A stretch of 64,000 nt of DNA from an uncultured Elusimicrobium sp. GTDB lineage: Bacteria > Elusimicrobiota > Elusimicrobia > Elusimicrobiales > Elusimicrobiaceae. Below the pieces are notes generated by a model. That model ran no database searches. It was given only the letters and a program-made list of their open reading frames with translations, and had not been told where the DNA came from. Below, piece after piece: positions 25,494 through 34,548 of this stretch (position 1 is its first letter; each line of letters begins with the position of its first letter). A program made the position numbers and the translations under genes. The DNA is taken from positions 733 to 64,732 of the forward strand of contig CAZBCE010000003.1 of assembly GCA_964490555.1 (NCBI GenBank), written 5' to 3'.

Positions 25494-26450
25494 ATGAAAA
25501 AACTTTTTCTTTCTTCCCTTTTCCTCTTTTCCATCTGCGCGGTTATGGCGCAGGGCGTAAGCTATATTACAATCACAAATGAAGAAAGTTATAAAAGTTC
25601 TTCCGATTTCAATAATACTTATGAGGTTAACTTAAACCAGCACGGGCTTAATACCATATCAAAATGTCAGGCGGTAAGGCTGGCTAAAGACTGGTTTATA
25701 ACAGCCGCGCACTGCGTTGAACCCGTCTGCGACGTCGCTTGCAGTATGCAGGTAAGGCTTATAGTAAAACCGACTTACGAAATGGGGCTGACCACCACGC
25801 ACACGCCCTCAAACCCAAAAGTATTTAAAAACCCAAAATCCAATGTTGCGGGCAAGAACGCCGCTTACGACTTGGCTTTGTTATATTTTCCCTCTTACGA
25901 TTCTAAATTTGTCTACAAAGACCCTTCCCGCCGTATGATACTGCCAGAGAGCGTATTTTTAAAAAGATTACCCGATTATAATATGTATTACAGGGCGGAA
26001 AACGGCACCAATATCCCCGTCGTACTGGCAATTAACTCTAAGAATAATGTAATGATTAACAGAAGCCTCTCCGTAGCTTCAATCTGGGACGGTAAAACAG
26101 ATGTTTTGCGAACGGCAAAACCCGTATTTTATTCCCCCAAACTGCACTATATATTTACGGAAAATTTCGGTATTATTAAAGGTATTTCAGGCTCGGGCGT
26201 GATGACAAACACGGGCGAATTGGTGGGCATAGTTTCCGCCATAGGCGACCTTACAAAAAGAAACAGCGTTACGGGAGAAGCCATTGTAACCCCCGTCGCT
26301 TTCTTTGCCGCTTTTGACGACTATGCGCTGGACTTTATCAAAAGTCTTATCGGCGGGTTTGAATATAAAATAGCTGATAAAAAATATCTTGCGGTAGTGC
26401 CTCAGGATTATAAAAATCTTACGCAAAGTATAGAAAACATCGGGCAGTAA
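25494..26450 (+). CDS. secreted trypsin-like serine protease (S1 family), paralog 2
   Basis: Same architecture as the upstream gene: WFITAAHCV, AYDLALL and GISGSGVM. Shared blocks include CQAVRL, SVASIWDG and VFYSPK.HYI. Confidence 0.78.
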   Translation: MKKLFLSSLFLFSICAVMAQGVSYITITNEESYKSSSDFNNTYEVNLNQHGLNTISKCQAVRLAKDWFITAAHCVEPVCDVACSMQVRLIVKPTYEMGLTTTHTPSNPKVFKNPKSNVAGKNAAYDLALLYFPSYDSKFVYKDPSRRMILPESVFLKRLPDYNMYYRAENGTNIPVVLAINSKNNVMINRSLSVASIWDGKTDVLRTAKPVFYSPKLHYIFTENFGIIKGISGSGVMTNTGELVGIVSAIGDLTKRNSVTGEAIVTPVAFFAAFDDYALDFIKSLIGGFEYKIADKKYLAVVPQDYKNLTQSIENIGQ

Positions 26451-26451
26451 A

Positions 26452-27690
26452 CTACTCTTCCAACTTACTTAAAACAGCTTTGTAATTGCCGTGCGTGGCC
26501 ATAATTTTTAAGGTAATGCCGCGCGCCGTGTCTTTGCGGGAGCAAACTAAAGTGCGAGCGTAAATAAATGGCAGCAGCTTAACTTTTGCCGTCGGCAGAT
26601 TGACGGTATGCACCAGCCACTTATGCGCCACGGTTTCTTCTATCTTCAGCAGCAGTTCTTTTATGCCGTCGCCCGTGGCGGCGGAAATAAAAATACCCTC
26701 TTTAAACCTGTTTTTAAGCGCGTTAAGTTTTGGGCTGGGCAGGGCGTCGGATTTGTTAAAAACGTCAAGCAGCGGCGCGTTTTGGGCGTTTAAACCGTTA
26801 ATTACGCTATGCACCGTTTCGCTATGCGTTTGCATATCTTCGCTTGAAGCGTCGGCAAGGTGCAAAATAATATCGGCAAATTTAGTTTCTTCCATAGTGG
26901 CGCGAAAAGCGCTTACAAGGCTGTGCGGCAATTTTTGAATAAAACCCACGGTATCTGTAAACAAAACGGTAATGCCGCTTGGCAGACGTACACGGCGCGT
27001 GGTAGGGTCCAGCGTGGCAAAAAGTTTGTCGTCCGCATAAGTGCTTTCTTCTTTAGTCAAAGCGTTAAGCAAAGTGCTTTTGCCCGCGTTGGTATAGCCC
27101 GCAATGGCTATTTGCGGTAAAGGGATTTCCCCGCGTTTGGCGCGGCGTACGGCGCGTTCTTTTTTAACGGCTTCTATTTGCGTTTCAAGGCGGGCTATTT
27201 TTTGGCGGATGCGGCGTTTATCGTATTCCAATTTACGCTCGCCGGGGCCGCGCATACCGATGCCGCCTTTCTGCTGCATCATACTCGCGCCCTTGCCCGT
27301 AAGACGGGGCAGAATATAATTAAGCTGGGCAAGTTCCACCTGCAATTCTCCCTCTTTGGTGCGGGCGCGCAGGGCGAAAATATCCAAGATAAGGCGCGTT
27401 CTGTCTATTATTTTACAGGGGATAAGTTCTTCCAAATTATTTTGCTGGGCGGGGGTAATTTCTTCGTTAAACACAACGCAGTCTATATTATTTTCTTTGA
27501 CGTAAAGCGCAATTTCCTCCGCCTTGCCCTGCCCTATAAAATAAGCGGGATTAAAAGCCTGAACTTTAACAAAAAATATTTCTTCCACCTGCGCGCCCGC
27601 CGTGGAACACAGACGGACAAGCTCCTCAAGGGAAGTATCTTTTTGCCAGTCGCTTTTAAGTTTTACGCCTACAATTACCGCTCTTTCCAT
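26452..27690 (-). CDS. hflX: GTPase HflX
   Basis: GYTNAGKSTLLNALT (G1), DTVGFI (G3), NKSD (G4), and an HflX-type N-terminal domain. Confidence 0.95.
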   Translation of the reverse strand: MERAVIVGVKLKSDWQKDTSLEELVRLCSTAGAQVEEIFFVKVQAFNPAYFIGQGKAEEIALYVKENNIDCVVFNEEITPAQQNNLEELIPCKIIDRTRLILDIFALRARTKEGELQVELAQLNYILPRLTGKGASMMQQKGGIGMRGPGERKLEYDKRRIRQKIARLETQIEAVKKERAVRRAKRGEIPLPQIAIAGYTNAGKSTLLNALTKEESTYADDKLFATLDPTTRRVRLPSGITVLFTDTVGFIQKLPHSLVSAFRATMEETKFADIILHLADASSEDMQTHSETVHSVINGLNAQNAPLLDVFNKSDALPSPKLNALKNRFKEGIFISAATGDGIKELLLKIEETVAHKWLVHTVNLPTAKVKLLPFIYARTLVCSRKDTARGITLKIMATHGNYKAVLSKLEE

Positions 27691-28625
27691 TCAAATATCC
27701 TTTGGGCAATTCCCGCCGCGTTAAAATCTTTGGCGGAGTTAATATCTATTCTCACTATATTTTTATAACGCCCGAACCATGTGCGCTGGCGTTTGGCGTA
27801 TTGGCGGGTTAAAATTATTATTTTTTCTATGGCCTGCTCTTTGGTTATTTTGCCCTCGGAAAACTCCAAAGCTTCTCTGTAACCCAGGCTTTTAAGCCCG
27901 CAGCAATCAGGCGCGTAACCCAGTTTAACGGCAAGGCGGGCTTCTTTAACCATAGGTTCAAAAATAATATTTGTTCTTTCTACAATTCTCTCTTCCAATA
28001 ATTCTTTGGCCCAGTTTATATAAAAAAAGCGTACTTTACGCGGGTCTATTTCCGCGCTGAACTTGCCCGTTTTTAAGGCGGAAGCAGGCCCGCCCGTAAG
28101 CATACAAATTTCCAAAGCGCGCATAACGCGCTGTATATTGCCCGCAGGTATTTGCGCGGCGCTTTGCGGGTCTTTTTCTTTAAGCATATTATGCAGATAT
28201 TCTTTGCCGTGTTCTTGGGCAAGGGCTTTTAAATTTTTGCGGATTTCTTCGTCGGCCTGCGGCAATTTGTCCATACCCGTAAAATAACCCTGCAAATACA
28301 TTCCCGTACCGCCCGCAAAAATTTGCTGTCTGTCTTGGGCTTGCGCAACAAATTCAGTTGCGGCTGCAATAAATTTTGACACGTCAAAACTTTCTTTAAT
28401 ATCCAAAAAATCCACAAGGCGGTAATTGACGCCTTCCGTCTTAAATTCCCCGTTTTGCCACACGCCCTTGGGCGCGGCCGTGCCTGCGCTGAGCAGTTTA
28501 TAAACCTGACGGGAATCTGCAGATATTATATCCCCCCCGCACAGACGCGCCAAAGCAAGCGCAATATCCGTCTTTCCGCTTGCCGTAGGCCCTGCAATTA
28601 CTATGGGGAGCTTTTCTGTGTTCAT
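27675..28625 (-). CDS. miaA: tRNA dimethylallyltransferase
   Basis: IVIAGPTASGKTDIALALA P-loop, DSRQVYK, TRQYAKRQRTWF. Confidence 0.95.
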   Translation of the reverse strand: MNTEKLPIVIAGPTASGKTDIALALARLCGGDIISADSRQVYKLLSAGTAAPKGVWQNGEFKTEGVNYRLVDFLDIKESFDVSKFIAAATEFVAQAQDRQQIFAGGTGMYLQGYFTGMDKLPQADEEIRKNLKALAQEHGKEYLHNMLKEKDPQSAAQIPAGNIQRVMRALEICMLTGGPASALKTGKFSAEIDPRKVRFFYINWAKELLEERIVERTNIIFEPMVKEARLAVKLGYAPDCCGLKSLGYREALEFSEGKITKEQAIEKIIILTRQYAKRQRTWFGRYKNIVRIDINSAKDFNAAGIAQRIFEWKER

Positions 28626-28642
28626 AATCTAAACCGTATTTT

Positions 28643-28670
28643 AAAAAACACCGCCGTTTAGGGCGGTGTT
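28643..28670 (-). terminator. intrinsic terminator after the PilZ gene (minus strand)
   Basis: ACACCGCC/GGCGGTGT 8-bp stem. On the minus strand it is followed by a T-run (complement of AAAAAA at 28643-28648). Confidence 0.6.
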
Positions 28671-28697
28671 TTGATAAAGCCGCATAAAGCAGAGCGC

Positions 28698-29165
28698 TTA
28701 ACGGAAAAGCGTAGGGTCTTTATGTATTTTATTGCAAACGCTGTAGCACTTGCAGCCCGCTACGCAGACTTCGGGCAATTTAAGTATTATTCTTGTGTCG
28801 CAATCGTTAAAATCTTCCGCCATGGCCTGAACTTTATCGGCAACAGCAGCGCTGATTTGCGTAAATTCTATACCGATGGTATAGACGGGCCCTTTCTGGC
28901 GCACCCAAGAGGTCTTAGCGTCAACGGAAAATTTGCCCACAAAAGGCAGTTCCATCTTAATCTGCATATTACCCGCTATGGGGGCTTTTAAGAAAGAAAC
29001 TATTCTCATGCCTGAAGCGGATAAATCCGCCAGAACCGCGGGGACTTCGTGCTTAGCGCCTGTTTTTTCGTCGGTATAAACAAGGTCAATAGGTTCTACT
29101 ATATTATTAATTACAGGCACTCTGGGGTGTCTGCGGCGTTCCTTAAAGTTATTGTCTTTCATCAT
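28698..29165 (-). CDS. PilZ domain protein with a Cys-rich C-terminal extension
   Basis: RRRHPRV (R-x-x-x-R) and DLSASGMRI (D-x-S-x-x-G) c-di-GMP-binding motifs. The C-terminus has five Cys (CDTRIILKLPEVCVAGCKCYSVCNK). ATG at 29165 is preceded by GAGGGA; the track start 29177 is a GTG. Confidence 0.78.
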   Translation of the reverse strand: MMKDNNFKERRRHPRVPVINNIVEPIDLVYTDEKTGAKHEVPAVLADLSASGMRIVSFLKAPIAGNMQIKMELPFVGKFSVDAKTSWVRQKGPVYTIGIEFTQISAAVADKVQAMAEDFNDCDTRIILKLPEVCVAGCKCYSVCNKIHKDPTLFR

Positions 29166-29173
29166 AATTTCCC

Positions 29174-30397
29174 TCACGCAAGTAGAATGGTGTCTTTAGC
29201 TTCGGTAATCCTAAGCTCTGCTATTTCCCCTGCTTTATATTTTTTAGTCGTTCTAACCCAAAAATTATTTAAAGTGCGTCCGTTAAAAGGCGTTTCCATA
29301 AGAACGCTTTGCGTTGTGCCTAACTGCCGCGCATAAGCCTCTTTGGAATTTTGCTTAATCTTATTTAACAAAATATCAAGGCGTTTTTCCACCTCTTTAT
29401 CATCAATGGTATTAAGCAGGCTGGCAGGTGTTCCCGCGCGGGGCGAAAATTTAAAACAATAGGCGGAAACAAACTGCGCCGCGTCGCACAGGGAAACTGT
29501 TTGCAAAAAGTCTTCTTCCGTCTCGGTAGGATAACCGACAATAATATCCGTGCTTATGCACACCCCTGCCTCTTTAAGCATTTGCACTTTTTCCAAAAAC
29601 ATTTCCCTGGTATAGCCGCGCTTCATATCGGCAAGCACTTTTGTGCTGCCGCTTTGCACGGGCAGGTGTATATGTTTTGCAATGGCGGGCGTTTGCGCAA
29701 CGGTATCTGCAAATTCCCTGTCTATAAAAATGGGGTGCGGGCTTAGGTAGCGTATGCGCGCAACGCCGCTGACCTGCGCCGTAAGCTTTAGTAATTTAGA
29801 AAAGTTTATATCTTTATATCTGTAAGCGTTTACCGTCTGGCCCAGCAGCACAATTTCCTTTGCGCCGCCCGCTATTTTACGCTCAACATTTTTTAAAATT
29901 AAATCAGGTTCTATTGATGACGCTTCCCCGCGCACATAAGGCACAATGCAGTAAGAACATTTGCAGCTGCACCCGCGCATAATATTTACAAGAGCGACGG
30001 GGCTTTTTGTTTTGGCTTCGTCCGCGCTTTGCGGCGCGTTAAAGAAGGAGGAGGAATCAAGAATATCGGCAAAGCCATCAATATCTTTTGCGCCCGCGAT
30101 AATATCTGTATAGGGGTATCTGCGTTTTAAGGAATTGCCCAAACGCTGCGCGGCGCAACCAGCAAAAATAATTATGCGGGAAGAATCCTGCGCTTTCCAC
30201 TTGGCAAGACGCCCGAGGAAAGACAAGGCTTTATGTTCGGCGTGCTCCCTTATGGTGCAGGTATTTATAAGCACGATATCCGCCTCGTTTAGAGAGGCGC
30301 AGGAAGAGCATCCTCTGGCGGCCAGATGCAACATCATTTCAGCCGAGTCGGCGGTGTTCATCTGGCAGCCAAAAGTTTGAATGTAGACTTTTTTCAA
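29174..30397 (-). CDS. miaB: radical-SAM tRNA methylthiotransferase (MiaB-like)
   Basis: N-terminal VYIQTFGCQMNTADSAEM, radical SAM CSYCIVPYVRG (C-x3-C-x2-C), and a TRAM-like C-terminus. Confidence 0.88.
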   Translation of the reverse strand: MKKVYIQTFGCQMNTADSAEMMLHLAARGCSSCASLNEADIVLINTCTIREHAEHKALSFLGRLAKWKAQDSSRIIIFAGCAAQRLGNSLKRRYPYTDIIAGAKDIDGFADILDSSSFFNAPQSADEAKTKSPVALVNIMRGCSCKCSYCIVPYVRGEASSIEPDLILKNVERKIAGGAKEIVLLGQTVNAYRYKDINFSKLLKLTAQVSGVARIRYLSPHPIFIDREFADTVAQTPAIAKHIHLPVQSGSTKVLADMKRGYTREMFLEKVQMLKEAGVCISTDIIVGYPTETEEDFLQTVSLCDAAQFVSAYCFKFSPRAGTPASLLNTIDDKEVEKRLDILLNKIKQNSKEAYARQLGTTQSVLMETPFNGRTLNNFWVRTTKKYKAGEIAELRITEAKDTILLA

Positions 30398-30407
30398 ATG
30401 TTAAACC

Positions 30408-30860
30408 TTAAAGCGTAACTTTAAATTTGCGTTTTGCGGTTTTAACTTCTTTACCGTCAACAAGGGCAATCGCCTCCGCAAAAAAGCTGCCTGTCTGGAA
30501 GTTCCACCAATCATACCACCAGTAGCCGTTTGCTCTTCTGCAATGCTGCCAAGGGCCGCCGTTTACGGAAACTTTAACCCATTCGCTGTTGCCGACAGTG
30601 CCGATTCTGAAGCAATAGTGTCCGCAGTAGACATTATCGTTATTTAACGGATAGTCTATGCAAACGCCTTTGACAGCGGCCGTTTTAGCCGTTGCCGTAG
30701 TTTTTGCCGTCGTTGTTTTAAGCGTGGTTGCACAATCCCCTTTGGTCGGCGTATCACAAGCTGAGGCGGAACTCTTTGCCGTCTTTGTAGTTGTTTTAGT
30801 GTTAGAAAGAGTTTTCTTCAGCGTGTCTTTAATTATTTTTTTCGTCTTTGCCATTACCAT
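30408..30860 (-). CDS. hypothetical protein: Lys/Thr/Ala-rich N-terminal half plus Trp/Cys-rich C-terminal domain
   Basis: ATG at 30860 is preceded by GGGGAG; the track start 30878 is a TTG. The C-terminal block is EWVKVSVNGGPWQHCRRANGYWWYDWWNFQTG. No family recognised. Confidence 0.5.
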   Translation of the reverse strand: MVMAKTKKIIKDTLKKTLSNTKTTTKTAKSSASACDTPTKGDCATTLKTTTAKTTATAKTAAVKGVCIDYPLNNDNVYCGHYCFRIGTVGNSEWVKVSVNGGPWQHCRRANGYWWYDWWNFQTGSFFAEAIALVDGKEVKTAKRKFKVTL

Positions 30861-30887
30861 TTGTCTCCCCTTCCTCAAAACACCGTC

Positions 30888-32537
30888 TTAAAACATTGCG
30901 CTTATTTTTTTAAGTGAGTTCAAGACAGGCGTTTTTAAGTGTATTTTAATAACCCTGCGGCCTTTTTCTTCCAAGGCTTTAAAGTCCGCAAGAGCCTGAG
31001 CGTTAACTAAGTCTGCAAAGCTGTATGCCTGGGCGGGTATTTTTACGTCGGTCTGCGCATCGGCGGAGATAATTACAAAAATACCGTTGTTGCCGTCGCC
31101 CTTATGCAGCTGGCCCGTGGAGTGTAAGTATCTGGGGCCGTAGCCGAACAATACCGCGTGTTTGGTGCGGGTAAAAATTTCGTCCCTGAGGCAGGTAAAA
31201 ACAGAATCAACTTCTTTAGAATTATGCATATAAGGCAGCACGGCGATATAATCATTGCCTTTTGCAAGCGCAAAAATATCGCTTGCCAGAGAGGTTAAAT
31301 TAACCTTGCCCTTAAGATTGGCGGAAACCAAAAGTTCGGCGGAAGCTTCGGACGATTTTTTGCCAGCCGCTAAATCAACCAACAAACCTTTGGTAATTGT
31401 TTTGGCAAGCTGAACGTTAGGCTGGTCAAAGGGGTCAATTTCCATAATTGCGCCCGCGGCCGCCGTGGCAACTTCCCACAAAAGGAACTGCGCGCCTATC
31501 GTGTAAAGGTCGCACATTTCAACTTCAAAAACGGGGTGGGAACTTTCTTTAAGAGCGGAAGAAATTTCCTTAACGCGGTTATTTTCCGCACAGTTAAAAG
31601 AGATATGAACAAAAATTCTGTCATTTTTATAAGCGAAGTTTTTGTAAAGCCCTTCGCCCGCAACAGGCACCACGCCTTTTCCTTCTTTACCCGTGGATTC
31701 CGCCACAAGCTGCTCTACCCACAAGCCGAAAGTATCAATATCTTTAGGCATAAGAAGAGTAAGTTTATCTTTACCCTCGGCGTAAGCCGCGCCTATTAAA
31801 GCGCCCAGTTCAAAAGCGGCTTTGTTTGTACCAGCTTTAAAAGCGTCGCCCTGTTTTTTTGCTTCTTCAATAAGGCGTTTAGCGTCAAGCCCGCAAAGAG
31901 CGGCGGGAACAACGCCGAATAAAGACAGGGCGGAAAATCTGCCGCCGATATCGGCTTTATTTATAAAAATCTTTCTGAATTTATGTTCTTTGGCTAAAGT
32001 TTCAAGGCCTGTACCTGGGTCGGTAATGGCTATAAAATTGTGTCCTGGGTTTTGGCTTACTTTGCTTACTTCCTCGTAAAAATAAGCAAACTGGGAAGCG
32101 GGTTCAACCGTGCCGCCCGATTTGCTGGCGAAAATAAAAATTGTTTTTGCGGGGTCAATCTGCGCGCGGACGGAGGCAACCCAGTCCGGGTTGGTGCTGT
32201 CCAAAACCAAAAGTTCGGGCCAGCCTTCCTGCTTGCCAAAGAGAACTCTTAATACTTCAGGCGCAAGACTGCTGCCGCCCATACCCATCAAAACGATATG
32301 ATTGTAATCTTTTTTGGCTTCCGCGGCAAAGGCCGTAACTTCGGGCAGGGCTTTAAGAGTCCAGTCGTAAACTTCCGTCCAGCCTAAGGAGTTATTTATA
32401 ATTTTTGTATGTTCTTCTTCCGTTTTCCAAAGCGTCGCATCGTGAGAATAAAGACGTGATGTAAAATTTAAAGCGTTAAGCTTTTCCGCCCCTTTTTTAA
32501 TAAGTTCCTGCGCTGTTTTATTATAAGTAACTCTCAT
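30888..32537 (-). CDS. pgi: glucose-6-phosphate isomerase
   Basis: MGMGGSSLAPEV (the G-x-G-G-S SIS motif), 549 aa, and an N-terminal region like the PGI part of tal-pgi type enzymes. Confidence 0.82.
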   Translation of the reverse strand: MRVTYNKTAQELIKKGAEKLNALNFTSRLYSHDATLWKTEEEHTKIINNSLGWTEVYDWTLKALPEVTAFAAEAKKDYNHIVLMGMGGSSLAPEVLRVLFGKQEGWPELLVLDSTNPDWVASVRAQIDPAKTIFIFASKSGGTVEPASQFAYFYEEVSKVSQNPGHNFIAITDPGTGLETLAKEHKFRKIFINKADIGGRFSALSLFGVVPAALCGLDAKRLIEEAKKQGDAFKAGTNKAAFELGALIGAAYAEGKDKLTLLMPKDIDTFGLWVEQLVAESTGKEGKGVVPVAGEGLYKNFAYKNDRIFVHISFNCAENNRVKEISSALKESSHPVFEVEMCDLYTIGAQFLLWEVATAAAGAIMEIDPFDQPNVQLAKTITKGLLVDLAAGKKSSEASAELLVSANLKGKVNLTSLASDIFALAKGNDYIAVLPYMHNSKEVDSVFTCLRDEIFTRTKHAVLFGYGPRYLHSTGQLHKGDGNNGIFVIISADAQTDVKIPAQAYSFADLVNAQALADFKALEEKGRRVIKIHLKTPVLNSLKKISAMF

Positions 32538-32574
32538 ATTTTATAACCTCTTAAGTTTTTTACCGTTAAACGGT

Positions 32575-33027
32575 TTATTTAAAATTTTCTTCTTCTATAC
32601 TCAAAACTTTATTTAAGCGTCTTACGTGGCGCGCTTCCCCGCTTTGGAAAGACGCGTTTAAAAACGCCGCGGCAAGCTTTGGCGCGGTTTCCGCCACTAC
32701 TCTGCCGCCAAGGCAAAGAACGTTCATATTATCGTGTTCCACACCCTGCGCCGCGCTGTATAAATCGTGCGCCACACAGGCTCTTATGCCTTTAAATTTA
32801 TTGGCGGCTATGCAAGCGCCTATGCCGCTGCCGCAGATAATTATGCCGCGGGCGGCTTCTCCCTTTTTAACGGCCCAAGCTACTTTTGCCGCAAAGTCGG
32901 GGTAATCTACGCTTTGCTCGCTGTTTGTACCCATATCAAGCACTTCGTGGCCTAAGTTTTTAACTTGTTCTATAACCGCTTCTTTAACGGGGAAACCCGC
33001 ATGGTCGCAGCCTATGGCAACTTTCAT
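32575..33027 (-). CDS. rpiB: ribose-5-phosphate isomerase B
   Basis: [18 protein letters not shown]..., [14 protein letters not shown], 150 aa. Confidence 0.93.
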   Translation of the reverse strand: MKVAIGCDHAGFPVKEAVIEQVKNLGHEVLDMGTNSEQSVDYPDFAAKVAWAVKKGEAARGIIICGSGIGACIAANKFKGIRACVAHDLYSAAQGVEHDNMNVLCLGGRVVAETAPKLAAAFLNASFQSGEARHVRRLNKVLSIEEENFK

Positions 33028-33585
33028 TTAAATCTCCTTTTCCACCAACTCGCAAAGGGTATGGCCTATAAAAATGTGGCATTCCTGTATACGCGGGGTA
33101 TTGTTGCTTTTTACGATGATGGGCAAATCCACTATATCTTTAATGGTTCCGCCGCTCTTGCCCAAAAACGCGGCCGTATAGCAGCCCGCCTGTTTGGCGA
33201 CTTCCAAAGCTTTGTAAACATTCGCGCTGTTGCCCGACGTGGAAATGCCTATAACGACATCGCCCGTTTTTGCAAAGCCTTCCACCTGACGGGAAAAGGT
33301 TACATCGTAGCCGTAATCATTGCCGACGGCGGTTAAGGTTGAGGTATTGGTATTTAAAGCCAAAGCAGGGTAGGACCTTCTTTCTTTTTTGTATCTTCCC
33401 ACAAATTCCGCCGCTATATGCTGCGCGTCGCCCGCGCTGCCGCCGTTGCCCATAAGGATAACTTTGCCGCCGGCCTTAAAACATTTTACAATTTCCTTAG
33501 CCAAAAGGTCCACCTGCGGCCCCAAATTGTCGCCGACATAAGTTACAACTTCTATAAGTTCCTGCGCTTCCTGTTTAGTGAACAT
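33028..33585 (-). CDS. gmhA: D-sedoheptulose-7-phosphate isomerase (SIS domain)
   Basis: GNGGSAGDAQHIAAEFVGRY, TAVGNDYGYD, ISTSGNS; 185 aa. Confidence 0.87.
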   Translation of the reverse strand: MFTKQEAQELIEVVTYVGDNLGPQVDLLAKEIVKCFKAGGKVILMGNGGSAGDAQHIAAEFVGRYKKERRSYPALALNTNTSTLTAVGNDYGYDVTFSRQVEGFAKTGDVVIGISTSGNSANVYKALEVAKQAGCYTAAFLGKSGGTIKDIVDLPIIVKSNNTPRIQECHIFIGHTLCELVEKEI

Positions 33586-33588
33586 AAA

Positions 33589-34548
33589 TTAAATCTCCTC
33601 TATTGACTTTTTAAGTACCCAGCCTTTGGCCTGTTCGGAAGGTATTTCTATCTCCGCCCAAATGCCTTTACTGTCGCTGAGCGTTACAAGGTGGGCGCGC
33701 GGCACGCTTAAACTTACGGGGAAGTTTTCCCCCGGGCCGCTTCTCACCTCGGCTCTGGAAACTACCACCACCGCCAAGGGACTGCTGTCCCCCGTCAGGC
33801 GGGCCGTATACCAGATACTGCAAAGCGCAAGCAAAATACCGCTTGCGGCAACTGCTTTTTTACAAAAACTTTTTTTACAACCAAACATTACTCCCGCAAA
33901 ACAAACAGCAAATATCCAGCCCAAAAACCACATTGTACCGCGAAGTTCGCGCGCGGAAAGCAGATAGAAAGCGTCAAAAGCGGCCTGCGGCATACCGTCG
34001 GGCAAAAGCTTCTGTCCCGTACTGTTTAAAGCAAAGGCAAGGTTGCGCTTTATATCTTTATCTCTTGGCAAAAGCCTGAAGGCGCGGTAGTAGTTTACTA
34101 TAGCTTTATCGGGGTCGCCCGATTTAAAATAACTGTTTGCCAAATTATAGTAAAGATACGGGGAAGGCAAAGTGTTTGCAAGCAGTTCCTTCTCGTAAGC
34201 CTGCGCGGCGCCAAGGTAATTGCCCCTGTTGTATAATTCCCCCGCGCTTATATTTTGTTCCGTTTTTATGGCGGCGGCAGGTTCTTCCTGCGCGGCGGCG
34301 GGAGAATCCGCAATAGTCTGCCCCTGCGCGGGCGCGGCGGGTGAATCTAAAAGCTGGGCCAAAGCCGGCGGCGGCAATATCTGCCTTTCCGCCTGCTGGC
34401 GGTTTATGGTTTGCGCCGACTGCGGGTCAAGCGCGGCGGCGGTTGGCGCCTCAGGCTGCAAGGCTGCGTGTTCTTCCTCCAAAGTTTGCGCATTAAGCGC
34501 AAGAGGAAAAACCAAAACGGCTAAAAGCGGCAGGAGCAGTTTCTTCAT
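33589..34548 (-). CDS. batE: BatE-like protein (TPR repeats, TM helix, SH3b-like C-terminus)
   Basis: Signal peptide and TPR-like YNRGNYLGAAQAYE...YYNLANSYFKSGDPDKAI. The C-terminal AEVRSGPGENFPV...GWVLKKSI resembles bacterial SH3. It holds the last position of a Bat-type operon. Confidence 0.68.
   Translation of the reverse strand: MKKLLLPLLAVLVFPLALNAQTLEEEHAALQPEAPTAAALDPQSAQTINRQQAERQILPPPALAQLLDSPAAPAQGQTIADSPAAAQEEPAAAIKTEQNISAGELYNRGNYLGAAQAYEKELLANTLPSPYLYYNLANSYFKSGDPDKAIVNYYRAFRLLPRDKDIKRNLAFALNSTGQKLLPDGMPQAAFDAFYLLSARELRGTMWFLGWIFAVCFAGVMFGCKKSFCKKAVAASGILLALCSIWYTARLTGDSSPLAVVVVSRAEVRSGPGENFPVSLSVPRAHLVTLSDSKGIWAEIEIPSEQAKGWVLKKSIEEI

Noticed and set aside
23428-26450. Integrated prophage or genomic island at tRNA-Pro
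   Set aside because: There is no integrase, recombinase or phage gene, and no direct repeat of the tRNA 3' end. The protease genes have core-like composition. Only the ~0.64 kb AT-rich islet looks foreign.
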